Positions 33,852 to 44,044 of a stretch of 64,000 nucleotides of DNA are shown here, in pieces. Origin of the DNA: TPA_inf: Saccharomyces (Eukaryota). The DNA lies in contig BK006946.2 of NCBI GenBank assembly GCA_000146045.2, positions 1 to 64,000 of the forward strand, written 5' to 3'. A program made the translations under genes and the position numbers. Below the pieces are notes generated by a model, which worked only from the letters and a program-made list of their open reading frames with translations, was not told the origin of the DNA and ran no database searches. How positions within the stretch are numbered: position 1 is the first letter of the stretch; the number at the start of each line of letters is the position of its first letter.

Positions 33852-34242
33852 AGAAACAATATATATAAACAACCTACATTTGTGTTTGAAAGACAGTAAT
33901 CAACGCTTCGATGGTCACTGGGATTTTTCTTTCAATTTAGCGTCACTTTCACCTTATTCACAGCTTTTACGTGCTATTTTTGGTCACCCTTCCCCTTTCG
34001 TTGCGCCTCAACGGGCTAAAAAAAAAAAAATAAAATCAAGCATAGAAACACCACAACAAACCTGCCCTTTTTCCTTGTTTCAGGTTACGTGAAAAGCATC
34101 CAGAGAAGATATCCCAAAGACTGAAGAGGTGTAGTTGGCTCATTCACGTCGTTCGTTTATATTATCAAGGAAGGGGTTTTTGATCGGCTCGAACAAGACT
34201 CGCAAGAATCCGTTTTCTATTGTTTTTTTTGAGGATTCCAAT

Positions 34243-37200
34243 ATGTCAAATTCCAATTCAAAAAAACCTGTTGCGAATTACGCATACCGTCAACAGCAAG
34301 ATTATAATGGGATGAACGCCATGGTGGGAAATCCAATGATGTATCATCCTGTTGATTTCGTAAACGGTGCCGGCCAATATGGTCCTTCTCAACACCCAGC
34401 ATATTACACCAACTCACCATTACCTAATATTCCACCAACACCTTTTGATACTGCATACGGTGCCAGTCTTTTTCCATCTCACCTATTGATGGGATCTCCA
34501 TTTGTTTCCTCGCCTAACATGCAAAGTGGCTATAATTCTGCAAGATCATCTAATCTCAAAAGAAAGGCTTATTCGAGGCCCGTTTCTAATCATAACGGTT
34601 ACAACGGAAACAGTAACAGTAACCAAAACAATACTAATAACGGAATGGTAACACCCTCGAACTATTATAGAATGGGGAGAAATTCTTTCTCGAGGAACAA
34701 CAACAGTACGAGGAATGTTACTCACAACAACAATAAGGGGTGCGACACCCGGAACAACAGTGGAAGAAGAACATTCGCAAGGAATAACATTTTCGACGAC
34801 ATACTTCCAGAAATGCTTTTACAAAGACCCTTTTGTATTAATTACAAGGTTCTACCGACTGGTGATGATGCTTATAGAACTAGGTCGCTGCTTATTGAAA
34901 ATGTGGATCATTCTATTGATTTACACTCTATAGTCAAAAATTTTGTCAAATCCAATACTCTGGAAAGTGCCTACTTAATTGAAGGAGGGAAGAGCGATGA
35001 TTCAAAAGATGTAGAGACTAAAAATCTATCCATTCTAATAAGCTTTCTAACCAAAGGCGACTGTTTGAACTTTTACAATAACATTTTACAAAGGTTATCT
35101 GAATTCAAAACATTTTTGAAATCTGAAGCACTAAATCTGAAATTTGTTTGTCTAAACTATGATCCCAAATGCCTCCCTACCTTTATTGAGAGTGAAGCGT
35201 TAACAGAAAACGCTGAAGAAGCCGACATTACCAATGGTTCAACAATGATCAGTGCTTCGCTGCATCATAATATAGCGAACAAAGATGCTACAAGGTCGAT
35301 TATAATTGAATTCAAAAGCCCCGTGGAGAAAAGCGATTTATTCAAAAAGAAATTACAATTTTTGGACAGGTCAAAAAACAAAAGATACATTTTGGAATCT
35401 ATCGATTTAGTGAACACAGATGTACCTTCCAATCAATTTCCTGAAAATTACGCCGTTTTAACCTTTTTGAATATCTCTATGGCTATTGAAGTTCTCGATT
35501 ATTTGAAAAAATACTCCAAAAACTTAGGCATTTCTAAATGTTTTTACGTATCCCTAGCCCCGTTGGTAGTTAGCTCAGCCAGATCTTCGGTTGCTAATAT
35601 TTACGAGGGTAAAACGAGCACACATCGTTTATCGGTGCCTTCTGTTACTGCTGGGAACAATAACGATAGCAACAACAACGGAAACAATAATAAAAGTAAT
35701 ATGAGTGGTATCACCACACTCAATAATAATAGTAGTATTGGTGTTTCCGTATACGGTCACTCTAATATGAGTTTAACCAGTCTGTCATCATCTGTATCTT
35801 TAAATGAAGAGATTGATATGCTTGCGACGAAACTTCAAGGGGTAGAACTTGATGGGACTTATTTAGAAATCAACTATCGCGACTATCAAACACCAACTAT
35901 TGAAGAACACTCTACTCACTTGAGCAATGTCAAAATTTCAAAGACAACAGAAAACTCTAGGCAATTTTCTCAAGATATCCCATCACCTTTGCCATTAAAT
36001 GAACATATGTTTATGAATGATTCTAATCAGTCCAATGGAGCGATAATACCTCAACAGTTAATAGCCACACCTTCTCCGGTATCCCCCAATTTGCAAATGA
36101 ATCAAAGGGTGTTGCCGAATCCAATAACTCAAAGTTTGGAGCAAAATTTCAACGTTTCGGCCAAAGTGGCATCATCCATGGGTTCAGACATAGGCAATAG
36201 AACAATTTATATAGGAAACATTAATCCAAGATCAAAGGCGGAGGATATCTGTAATGTCGTGCGTGGAGGAATCCTTCAGAGCATTAAGTACATACCGGAG
36301 AAGAAGATATGCTTTGTTACTTTCATCGAAGCTCCATCCGCTGTACAGTTCTATGCAAATTCATTTATTGATCCAATAGTGTTACATGGGAATATGTTGA
36401 GAGTTGGATGGGGGCATTATTCTGGTCCATTACCGAAATTAATCTCGTTGGCTGTTACGATCGGGGCAAGTAGGAATGTCTACGTAAGCCTACCAGAGTT
36501 TGCATTTAAGGAAAAGTTTATTCACGACCCTCAGTACAAAAAATTGCATGAAACACTATCTTTACCAGATGCGGAACAACTAAGAGAGGACTTTAGTACC
36601 TATGGTGATATTGAGCAGATTAACTATTTGAGTGATAGCCATTGCTGTTGGATAAATTTCATGAATATATCTTCTGCGATTAGTCTTGTTGAAGAAATGA
36701 ATAAGGAATCCACAGTACAAAATGAATCCGGTGAAGTGACGCTTAAAAGGGCGACTGAGGAAAAATTCGGTGGCCGTTATAAGGGCCTTCTGATAAACTA
36801 CGGCAAAGATCGTTGTGGCAATATAAACAAAAATTTGATAGCAGGTAAAAATTCAAGATTCTATAAGAAAGTTAAAAGACCGAGCTATAATATACGTTTG
36901 AGTAAGTTGGAAGAAAAGAGGAGGCAGAATGAAATCGATGAAAAGGAAAAGGCTTTTGATAAACCCTTGAACTTGGAATCCCTAGGAATTAGTCTGGACG
37001 CACATAAGGACAACGGCGGTGGTGAAACAGGAACTGCAAATAATACTGGGCATGAAAATGAAAGTGAACTAGAGGCTGAAAATGAAAACGGTAATGAGAC
37101 TGGAAGTTTCGGTGGACTGGGTCTCGCTGTGGCGAGCTCTGACGTCAAACGTGCGACATCGGATGAAACTGATTATGAAGATATATTTAACAAGTCATCG

Positions 37201-37647
37201 GGATCTTCCGACTCGTCATCAGACGTCGAGGTCATTATGCACTCCCCGAGCGATCCTGAATACGCTTTAAAATCACAAACTCTAAGAAGCTCGAGTCAGA
37301 CCGTCATTAATAGTAAGAGACCAGTAAAGATAGAAGACGAGGAAGAAGCCGTAGGAATGTCACAGCTCAATTATAGGTCGTCATTAAGACAAGCTCCTCC
37401 AAGAGCTCCCTCAACTTTGTCATATAATCACTCGAAGAACAACGAAACGCCAATGCAAGATATTTTCACAAATGGCGAAACAGCAAATAACAGAAAGAAG
37501 AAGAGAGGATCTTTTGCAAGGCATAGAACGATACCAGGATCTGACGTCATGGCCCAATACCTTGCACAAGTGCAACATTCGACATTTATGTATGCAGCCA
37601 ATATTTTGGGCGCCTCTGCGGAAGACAACACGCATCCTGACGAGTAG
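34243..37647 (+). CDS. NAB6: Poly(A)+ RNA-binding protein with RRM-like domains and N/S-rich low-complexity regions, 1134 aa
   Basis: The ORF-track start at 34135 is a TTG alternative start. The first ATG, at 34243, gives MSNSNSKKPVANYAY... and 1134 aa. Asn-rich tracts and RRM-like segments (RTIYIGNINPRSKAEDI..., ICFVTFIEAPSAVQFY) are present. Confidence 0.8.
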   Translation: MSNSNSKKPVANYAYRQQQDYNGMNAMVGNPMMYHPVDFVNGAGQYGPSQHPAYYTNSPLPNIPPTPFDTAYGASLFPSHLLMGSPFVSSPNMQSGYNSARSSNLKRKAYSRPVSNHNGYNGNSNSNQNNTNNGMVTPSNYYRMGRNSFSRNNNSTRNVTHNNNKGCDTRNNSGRRTFARNNIFDDILPEMLLQRPFCINYKVLPTGDDAYRTRSLLIENVDHSIDLHSIVKNFVKSNTLESAYLIEGGKSDDSKDVETKNLSILISFLTKGDCLNFYNNILQRLSEFKTFLKSEALNLKFVCLNYDPKCLPTFIESEALTENAEEADITNGSTMISASLHHNIANKDATRSIIIEFKSPVEKSDLFKKKLQFLDRSKNKRYILESIDLVNTDVPSNQFPENYAVLTFLNISMAIEVLDYLKKYSKNLGISKCFYVSLAPLVVSSARSSVANIYEGKTSTHRLSVPSVTAGNNNDSNNNGNNNKSNMSGITTLNNNSSIGVSVYGHSNMSLTSLSSSVSLNEEIDMLATKLQGVELDGTYLEINYRDYQTPTIEEHSTHLSNVKISKTTENSRQFSQDIPSPLPLNEHMFMNDSNQSNGAIIPQQLIATPSPVSPNLQMNQRVLPNPITQSLEQNFNVSAKVASSMGSDIGNRTIYIGNINPRSKAEDICNVVRGGILQSIKYIPEKKICFVTFIEAPSAVQFYANSFIDPIVLHGNMLRVGWGHYSGPLPKLISLAVTIGASRNVYVSLPEFAFKEKFIHDPQYKKLHETLSLPDAEQLREDFSTYGDIEQINYLSDSHCCWINFMNISSAISLVEEMNKESTVQNESGEVTLKRATEEKFGGRYKGLLINYGKDRCGNINKNLIAGKNSRFYKKVKRPSYNIRLSKLEEKRRQNEIDEKEKAFDKPLNLESLGISLDAHKDNGGGETGTANNTGHENESELEAENENGNETGSFGGLGLAVASSDVKRATSDETDYEDIFNKSSGSSDSSSDVEVIMHSPSDPEYALKSQTLRSSSQTVINSKRPVKIEDEEEAVGMSQLNYRSSLRQAPPRAPSTLSYNHSKNNETPMQDIFTNGETANNRKKKRGSFARHRTIPGSDVMAQYLAQVQHSTFMYAANILGASAEDNTHPDE

Positions 37648-38195
37648 TATAGCTGTGCTGAGCCTGAAGTATAATGCATATCCATCGGACTATTTAGACA
37701 AAGCCCAAGGAAGCCTAAGGCGGCCTGCCAAGGTGTTTCTCCCTTTTTTTCTCCGATTTCTTTGTATAAACTAAATAATATAGTGATTACTAATGGAATG
37801 GCGGTATTATGCACCTAACCTGTTCATTCTGCCACAGATTACGTAAGCGATTTATTGCCGGCACTTGTTGTCTTAATGACCGAGTCACCAATGTGGAACG
37901 ATAATTTTCTCTGACTCAAACCTGTTAATTTTTTTCTACTTCGTTTCGTTAGCGACGACGTCAAGCCGCAGGATCCTGTCTGCCTTGACCTCTTCTCTAC
38001 CTTCAGAACTTACACTTTTCAGGTAAGATGACCTTTATATAAAAGTTGACACTATTACAGTTGTTTATAAACGTCTGAAGAATGAGACGTTTTTATAAAA
38101 TGAATAAAATGCATATTCTAAGTTTAAAACAACATTTTCAAAGTGTACGATTGTAAAAAGAGAGGCAATTAGAGAATCTCAAACAGGTAATAATA

Positions 38196-39824
38196 ATGGG
38201 CAATCAGTCATTAGTTGTGCTTACGGAAAGTAAGGGTGAGTATGAGAATGAGACAGAACTACCTGTTAAAAAATCGTCACGAGATAATAATATCGGAGAA
38301 TCTTTAACAGCAACAGCTTTTACGCAGTCTGAAGATGAAATGGTAGATAGCAATCAGAAATGGCAGAACCCAAACTATTTTAAATATGCATGGCAAGAAT
38401 ATCTTTTTATATTCACATGCATGATAAGTCAGCTTCTAAATCAAGCAGGCACTACACAGACTCTTTCGATCATGAATATTCTTTCGGACAGTTTTGGCTC
38501 AGAAGGAAACTCAAAGTCATGGCTGATGGCATCTTTTCCGCTAGTTTCAGGCTCATTTATTTTGATTAGTGGCAGACTAGGTGACATATACGGATTAAAA
38601 AAAATGTTGTTAGTAGGATATGTTCTGGTTATTATATGGTCTTTGATTTGTGGGATTACCAAGTATTCTGGTAGCGATACTTTTTTTATTATTAGTAGAG
38701 CCTTCCAAGGGCTAGGGATTGCATTTGTTTTACCTAATGTGCTGGGAATAATTGGTAATATATATGTAGGTGGTACTTTTCGTAAAAACATCGTGATTAG
38801 TTTTGTTGGTGCGATGGCCCCTATTGGAGCAACTTTAGGTTGTCTTTTTGCAGGACTGATCGGTACCGAGGACCCAAAACAATGGCCATGGGCATTCTAC
38901 GCGTATAGCATAGCCGCTTTCATTAATTTTGTGCTCTCCATATATGCCATTCCGAGTACTATACCAACAAATATTCATCATTTTTCTATGGATTGGATTG
39001 GTTCTGTTTTGGGCGTGATAGGTCTCATTTTATTAAATTTTGTGTGGAACCAAGCTCCTATATCGGGTTGGAACCAGGCTTACATCATCGTAATTTTAAT
39101 CATTTCTGTGATTTTTCTTGTCGTTTTCATCATTTATGAGATTCGATTTGCCAAGACTCCACTATTGCCGCGCGCAGTTATAAAGGATCGTCATATGATT
39201 CAAATTATGCTGGCTTTATTCTTTGGATGGGGCTCTTTTGGCATCTTTACGTTTTATTATTTCCAATTTCAATTAAATATAAGGCAGTACACGGCATTAT
39301 GGGCTGGTGGAACTTACTTTATGTTTTTAATTTGGGGTATTATTGCCGCCTTACTGGTAGGATTTACTATCAAGAATGTGTCTCCATCAGTGTTTTTGTT
39401 CTTTTCTATGGTAGCATTCAATGTGGGCTCAATAATGGCAAGTGTTACACCGGTTCACGAGACATACTTTCGTACTCAGTTAGGAACGATGATAATTTTA
39501 AGTTTTGGGATGGATCTTTCATTTCCTGCTTCTTCCATTATCTTTAGTGATAATTTACCGATGGAGTACCAAGGCATGGCTGGGTCATTGGTGAATACTG
39601 TTGTCAATTACTCCATGTCCTTGTGTCTCGGTATGGGTGCCACAGTAGAGACACAGGTCAATTCAGACGGAAAGCATCTTTTGAAAGGCTATAGAGGTGC
39701 TCAGTACCTTGGGATAGGATTGGCAAGTTTAGCATGCATGATTAGCGGGCTTTACATGGTCGAAAGCTTCATAAAAGGCCGCAGGGCAAGAGCTGCTGCA
39801 GAATACGATTGCACTGTGGCTTAG
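38196..39824 (+). CDS. ATR1: MFS multidrug efflux pump (aminotriazole / 4-NQO resistance), DHA2 family, 542 aa
   Basis: The 542-aa ORF has 14 predicted TM segments and MFS motifs (GRLGDIYG). Confidence 0.85.
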   Translation: MGNQSLVVLTESKGEYENETELPVKKSSRDNNIGESLTATAFTQSEDEMVDSNQKWQNPNYFKYAWQEYLFIFTCMISQLLNQAGTTQTLSIMNILSDSFGSEGNSKSWLMASFPLVSGSFILISGRLGDIYGLKKMLLVGYVLVIIWSLICGITKYSGSDTFFIISRAFQGLGIAFVLPNVLGIIGNIYVGGTFRKNIVISFVGAMAPIGATLGCLFAGLIGTEDPKQWPWAFYAYSIAAFINFVLSIYAIPSTIPTNIHHFSMDWIGSVLGVIGLILLNFVWNQAPISGWNQAYIIVILIISVIFLVVFIIYEIRFAKTPLLPRAVIKDRHMIQIMLALFFGWGSFGIFTFYYFQFQLNIRQYTALWAGGTYFMFLIWGIIAALLVGFTIKNVSPSVFLFFSMVAFNVGSIMASVTPVHETYFRTQLGTMIILSFGMDLSFPASSIIFSDNLPMEYQGMAGSLVNTVVNYSMSLCLGMGATVETQVNSDGKHLLKGYRGAQYLGIGLASLACMISGLYMVESFIKGRRARAAAEYDCTVA

Positions 39825-40186
39825 CGGAAAGCGGTTATTAAGGTAAATAGATAGAAATACACCGCTGTCATGCGATTATATAGACATGGGGCATTTAGAC
39901 ACTGAAAGTCTTCATATCTCAACATGCAACTAGTAATAGTACAATTTTTAGTACCCTTTAATCTTTATTGTTCGCTCCCTAATAACGAAGCCTTGAACTG
40001 TAACCAGATCCCAGGTTACCCCTTATCCTTAAGAGGTCTTTTATTTACTCTACATAATATATATTTTTCAATCCATTGAAGAGGATTAAAAGAAGAAAAA
40101 TCAATACCGAACAAAAAAACAAAACGAAATAAAACAAAACAAAAAATTAAATTAAATTAAATTAATATTAAATGTCATCATGATTC

Positions 40187-41794
40187 TTACTCTGATTGTC
40201 TTCTCTTCTCTCTTTCCCTTGACGCAATTTCCTTCAAATCGTCATCGCTCGGTTCATAAATATGCCAAATAGTATAATGCGGTAAACCACCAACCCTGTA
40301 CCCCATTTTCTTTGCCATTTTACCAAATGCTTCTGTTTCTGCATGATTTTCAAAAGTAAATGCAGGAAACTGTACCCCGTTTCTAAATATTTTGGCCTTC
40401 GCCAAAATAGAAACTCCCCCTACACCGTCCAAGTCCACCGCTTCATTTGGATCACCTTCTGCATCTCTGATATAGGCTAAGTGAACTCTCCACGTAGGAT
40501 ATTCTGCATAGCCTTCTACAATAACATCATCTTCGTCAAGAGTCTTTGCCAATGCTAGTGCCTCCTGAGATTCCATCCAAGAATTCAAATCATATGGTTG
40601 TTCAGTTCCCAAAAATGTAGGTAGTGGTCTCCAAACGTTAGGGACGATAACATCGTAGTTTTTGCTCATCAAATCTTGAATGACTGAACCAGGGCACAGC
40701 TCTACATCAGCATCTCTCCAATAAACCCATGAGTGGTAAGGTTTCAAAGCATTGGCAGTTAACCAATTTCTTGCCCTCCCCATTAGTTTTCGTCTTATAC
40801 CTTGAACCTTAACGGCATGTCTGTCACTAAAACCTTGTCCAATTACTTGGCCAAAATCCTTTTGGAAAATTTGTACTGATCTAAATGGCTTGTCATAATT
40901 TTCATGGAATGGTGGTGAAAATGCCTGGTGGACACGGTTGATATAACCTTCGTCCATATATTTAAGATATAATTTATCGGTGCCTTTTGTTTGCGAATCA
41001 ATGACAGCGTCAATCTCTTGAAAAATCTGAGACAACGTGCCATTTTGTAAGTGCCTAGAATACGCTATTAAAGCATCCAACGTAGTGTCACCTTCTGAGC
41101 AATCACTGACTAAAAAGGCCAGATCAATCAGCTCGTGTGGATAGGTTAGGTTCATTAAATGCTTGAACATTAATGGCAATACATCCGCAGCGTTTCTTAG
41201 TGGAATGCATAAAAGAATGTGATCACGTGTTTCCAATCCATTCGGAGCACCTTCAAAATTCGACAGGTCGTACTCCTCAACAGTGGAATCAAAAAGCATG
41301 TTGAGTTCCCTTTGGTATTTTTCATCATCCTTGGGAGTCAACACTTCTGAACCAAATTGTGATATTAGATAATGTTGCACACCATCATCAAATTTTGAAA
41401 TCACTTCAGGATCGATATCCTCAAAATCATAGTCGTAATATTCTTCATCTTCTAGGTCGATAGTCTTGTAATTTTCGGAGGATTTTGAGGAACCCAACAA
41501 CGACCTACCATTTTGCGTGGATACACCAATGCCCATTCCGGAGAGAAATGATATAAAGAGATATAACGACAGAACGGCGATAATAATAAGAGATGTGATA
41601 CTCACCGTAAGCTGGAATTTAGACGGTGTGGAGCGCGGCTGGTACCTGTATTTGCCCTTTAATGAGTTGGAGTTATGCTCTGAGCGTTTGTCCTTGATGT
41701 TGTTCGAGCTACCGTTCCTTGAAATGGGCAGGCTTAGTCCATTGTCCATGGCTTTCTTCTTTATATTTGACCTTAAATTAAAAAACATGCCCAT
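40187..41794 (-). CDS. VAN1: Golgi mannan polymerase I subunit (alpha-1,6-mannosyltransferase, GT62 family), 535 aa
   Basis: Type II membrane topology (N-terminal cytosolic tail plus one TM segment) with a GT62/Anp1 catalytic-domain-like C-terminal region. Length is 535 aa. Confidence 0.85.
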   Translation of the reverse strand: MGMFFNLRSNIKKKAMDNGLSLPISRNGSSNNIKDKRSEHNSNSLKGKYRYQPRSTPSKFQLTVSITSLIIIAVLSLYLFISFLSGMGIGVSTQNGRSLLGSSKSSENYKTIDLEDEEYYDYDFEDIDPEVISKFDDGVQHYLISQFGSEVLTPKDDEKYQRELNMLFDSTVEEYDLSNFEGAPNGLETRDHILLCIPLRNAADVLPLMFKHLMNLTYPHELIDLAFLVSDCSEGDTTLDALIAYSRHLQNGTLSQIFQEIDAVIDSQTKGTDKLYLKYMDEGYINRVHQAFSPPFHENYDKPFRSVQIFQKDFGQVIGQGFSDRHAVKVQGIRRKLMGRARNWLTANALKPYHSWVYWRDADVELCPGSVIQDLMSKNYDVIVPNVWRPLPTFLGTEQPYDLNSWMESQEALALAKTLDEDDVIVEGYAEYPTWRVHLAYIRDAEGDPNEAVDLDGVGGVSILAKAKIFRNGVQFPAFTFENHAETEAFGKMAKKMGYRVGGLPHYTIWHIYEPSDDDLKEIASREREKRRQSE

Positions 41795-41950
41795 TTTTTT
41801 GTGTTAATTGGTAGGTCAACAAGCTCAAATGACTGTTACTGCACCCTTACGTCTACTTCTTTCACGTTACCATTTACTAATTTACAAGACGTAAACTTTC
41901 TTTGATTCTAAATATTTCAAGCCTTGTTTCGGTATAGTCGCCGAAGAACG

Positions 41951-41970
41951 AAAAAAAAAAAAAAAAAAAA
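41951..41970. repeat. A20 homopolymer tract in the VAN1 promoter / TAF8 3' region
   Basis: Twenty consecutive A, about 160-175 bp upstream of the VAN1 ATG: a likely nucleosome-excluding poly(dA:dT) element. Confidence 0.9.
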
Positions 41971-42042
41971 TTCCTCTCCGGAGATAAATTGAATACGTAT
42001 TATTATATTAGGGACAAACACTGGTTCACTGAAAGCAGTTGT

Positions 42043-43575
42043 TTACATAGTTATATCGTGATCTGTGGCTATATCTGCAGGAGGAGATGTCGGGGCGTTT
42101 TCATTAGGCGTCGAATGAGGAGAGTGACTTGTAGTAGCATCGATATTGGTTGTGTTATGTGCTACAGGTGTAGTATTTGTAGTATCTTGCGCTGTCATTG
42201 TTGGCGGTTCCGATTCCGCGACCAGGTTCTCCGCAGGCATACTCGACATTTCATTCTCATCTTCACTGCTCCCTAAGATGCCAAATAAGTTTATGTCATC
42301 GTCCTCATCCTCGGCGTTTGTGTTGATAACTATGGTAGAGTTGTTTAATGCATTAGGGGTGGTCGTGTCGTCTGCAGCGTCCCTTGCGTGCTCGTTATTT
42401 AGTAGAAGCTCAAGATCATGGCCTTCATCTTGTTCCCTCTTTGTTCGTTGTGAAATAAGCTCTTCTTGCCGACGTTTTAGCGATTTTGCTCTTTCTTCCT
42501 TGGCCATTCGTATTTTTTCCTTCTTCAACTTCTGGACCTTAGGTAAATTGTGCATGAATAGTGTCATAGACTTACGAAATTGCAATTCTATGGTTTTTTG
42601 TATGGTTTTGTGAGACTGGTGAGGACTCTCTGGAAGGTAGAGAGTTTCAGAAATTTTCAAGAATGGATTTTTTGTTCTTTTCAACTGATTCACTTCAAAT
42701 TTCGTGACACGTTCTCTCGCCAATTCCACTCTATACTTCGCATACTGCTCGATATTGTTTTCATTGAAGGACTTTTCAGTTATGGTTGGTTTCCTTTCTT
42801 CCAGCGCGTTGCCCCAAATCTCCAATTGTTGCTCGATAGCGTCCTCATCGTCTAAACCCGGCGGTTGCGGGGTATTTGACGCTGATGATATGTGGGAGAG
42901 ACTTTTGTTCAAGTTCAATAGTGCCTTTTCAGACTCTTGGCTTTCTTTTACTATTTCTTTCTTGATGGTTTTTAGATCAGTAATTGGATGGTTGAACTCA
43001 GGTGTAAACTTATAGGTATGGTCAGGCGGAAAGTTGGGCAGCCAACTCGGTATCTGTTTTTCCAGTGGGTTAGAGGGAGGCAGCAAAACGTTGATCTCGT
43101 TCTGTTGCTCCTCGATATTATTCAATTCGTCCTCTTCATCTTCTTCGTTATGCGGTAAAGCAGCAAGAGACGACCAGCTCATCAATTTTTCATATTCCGT
43201 GGAATGCTTCGATTTGATGAATTCTGAGGCCTGAAACTGCTGATAAAGGGAGGGCGCATCCAGGTTAAACTCTCGAAGCAACAATTTCAAATCTGCTTGA
43301 GAAGCTTGCGACCTTCTTTGTAAAAGTGTTAAATTGTGCAGGTTCCGAAACATGCCGTCCATTTGGACGGTCACGAGGTTGACCAGCTCATCCAATGCAA
43401 AGTTTGAAATGCAGATGTTCAACGAATTCAACTGGAAAAGTACTGTTTTCTTTAGAATTTCAACTACGGGAGCATCTATTTCCAAGTGACTAATTTCCGT
43501 CAAATCCGGTAGGTTCCTCAGCTGAACTATGGTACTTTGGGTACCGGTACCACTTTCTGACGTTTTGGAAGTCAT
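42043..43575 (-). CDS. TAF8: TFIID subunit (TAF8, histone-fold containing), 510 aa
   Basis: The 510-aa ORF MTSKTSESGTGTQSTIVQLRNLPDL... has an N-terminal histone-fold-like region and an acidic C-terminal region. Its position between VAN1 and DAT1 matches. Confidence 0.8.
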   Translation of the reverse strand: MTSKTSESGTGTQSTIVQLRNLPDLTEISHLEIDAPVVEILKKTVLFQLNSLNICISNFALDELVNLVTVQMDGMFRNLHNLTLLQRRSQASQADLKLLLREFNLDAPSLYQQFQASEFIKSKHSTEYEKLMSWSSLAALPHNEEDEEDELNNIEEQQNEINVLLPPSNPLEKQIPSWLPNFPPDHTYKFTPEFNHPITDLKTIKKEIVKESQESEKALLNLNKSLSHISSASNTPQPPGLDDEDAIEQQLEIWGNALEERKPTITEKSFNENNIEQYAKYRVELARERVTKFEVNQLKRTKNPFLKISETLYLPESPHQSHKTIQKTIELQFRKSMTLFMHNLPKVQKLKKEKIRMAKEERAKSLKRRQEELISQRTKREQDEGHDLELLLNNEHARDAADDTTTPNALNNSTIVINTNAEDEDDDINLFGILGSSEDENEMSSMPAENLVAESEPPTMTAQDTTNTTPVAHNTTNIDATTSHSPHSTPNENAPTSPPADIATDHDITM

Positions 43576-44044
43576 TGCCCTTTATGAGTCCCTCAATTAC
43601 ACGTTTGTTTGCTTGCTTGCCTCTCTCTCCATTGCTTTTACTCTCTTTTTTAAAGAGTTCAAGATTTTCTACATAAAAGCATCGGGTAACACTCCCATAT
43701 ACACCATTTGTGCTTAAGCTGGCTTCTACCAGTCGCGTTTCAAGCGACTTTATTGATCGCATCAGCGTAGAACAAGAACAGAACTATGTATGCAAACAGG
43801 ACTAATCATCTTCAGTTATCTTACTTTAGTTTGCAACTATTTATATCATGTTTTCTTTTCAACTTCTTTTTTTTTTTTTCGTTTATGAAGCCGATGCTAA
43901 TGCATCAATTTTTTTTTTTTGGTGATGAGTTTTGAAAGAAAATGAAAAAAAAAAAATTTCTATTATTGTCAGTGGAGTTTTTGAACAGATCACCTTGTGA
44001 ATCTACAAACTGTCCTAAAGTATATTGGAGCAGGACATTGGGTG

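Noticed and set aside
34135-34242. 36-codon N-terminal extension of NAB6 in the ORF track (MAHSRRSFILSRKG...)
   Set aside because: The 'M' is a TTG codon (34135-34137) translated as an alternative start. The first genuine ATG is at 34243, which gives the expected 1134-aa protein.
43997-44044. 16-codon extension of DAT1 (MNLQTVLKYIGAGHWV)
   Set aside because: It begins with GTG (43997-43999), not ATG. The real start is MAKTLAQGRKPG at 44045.
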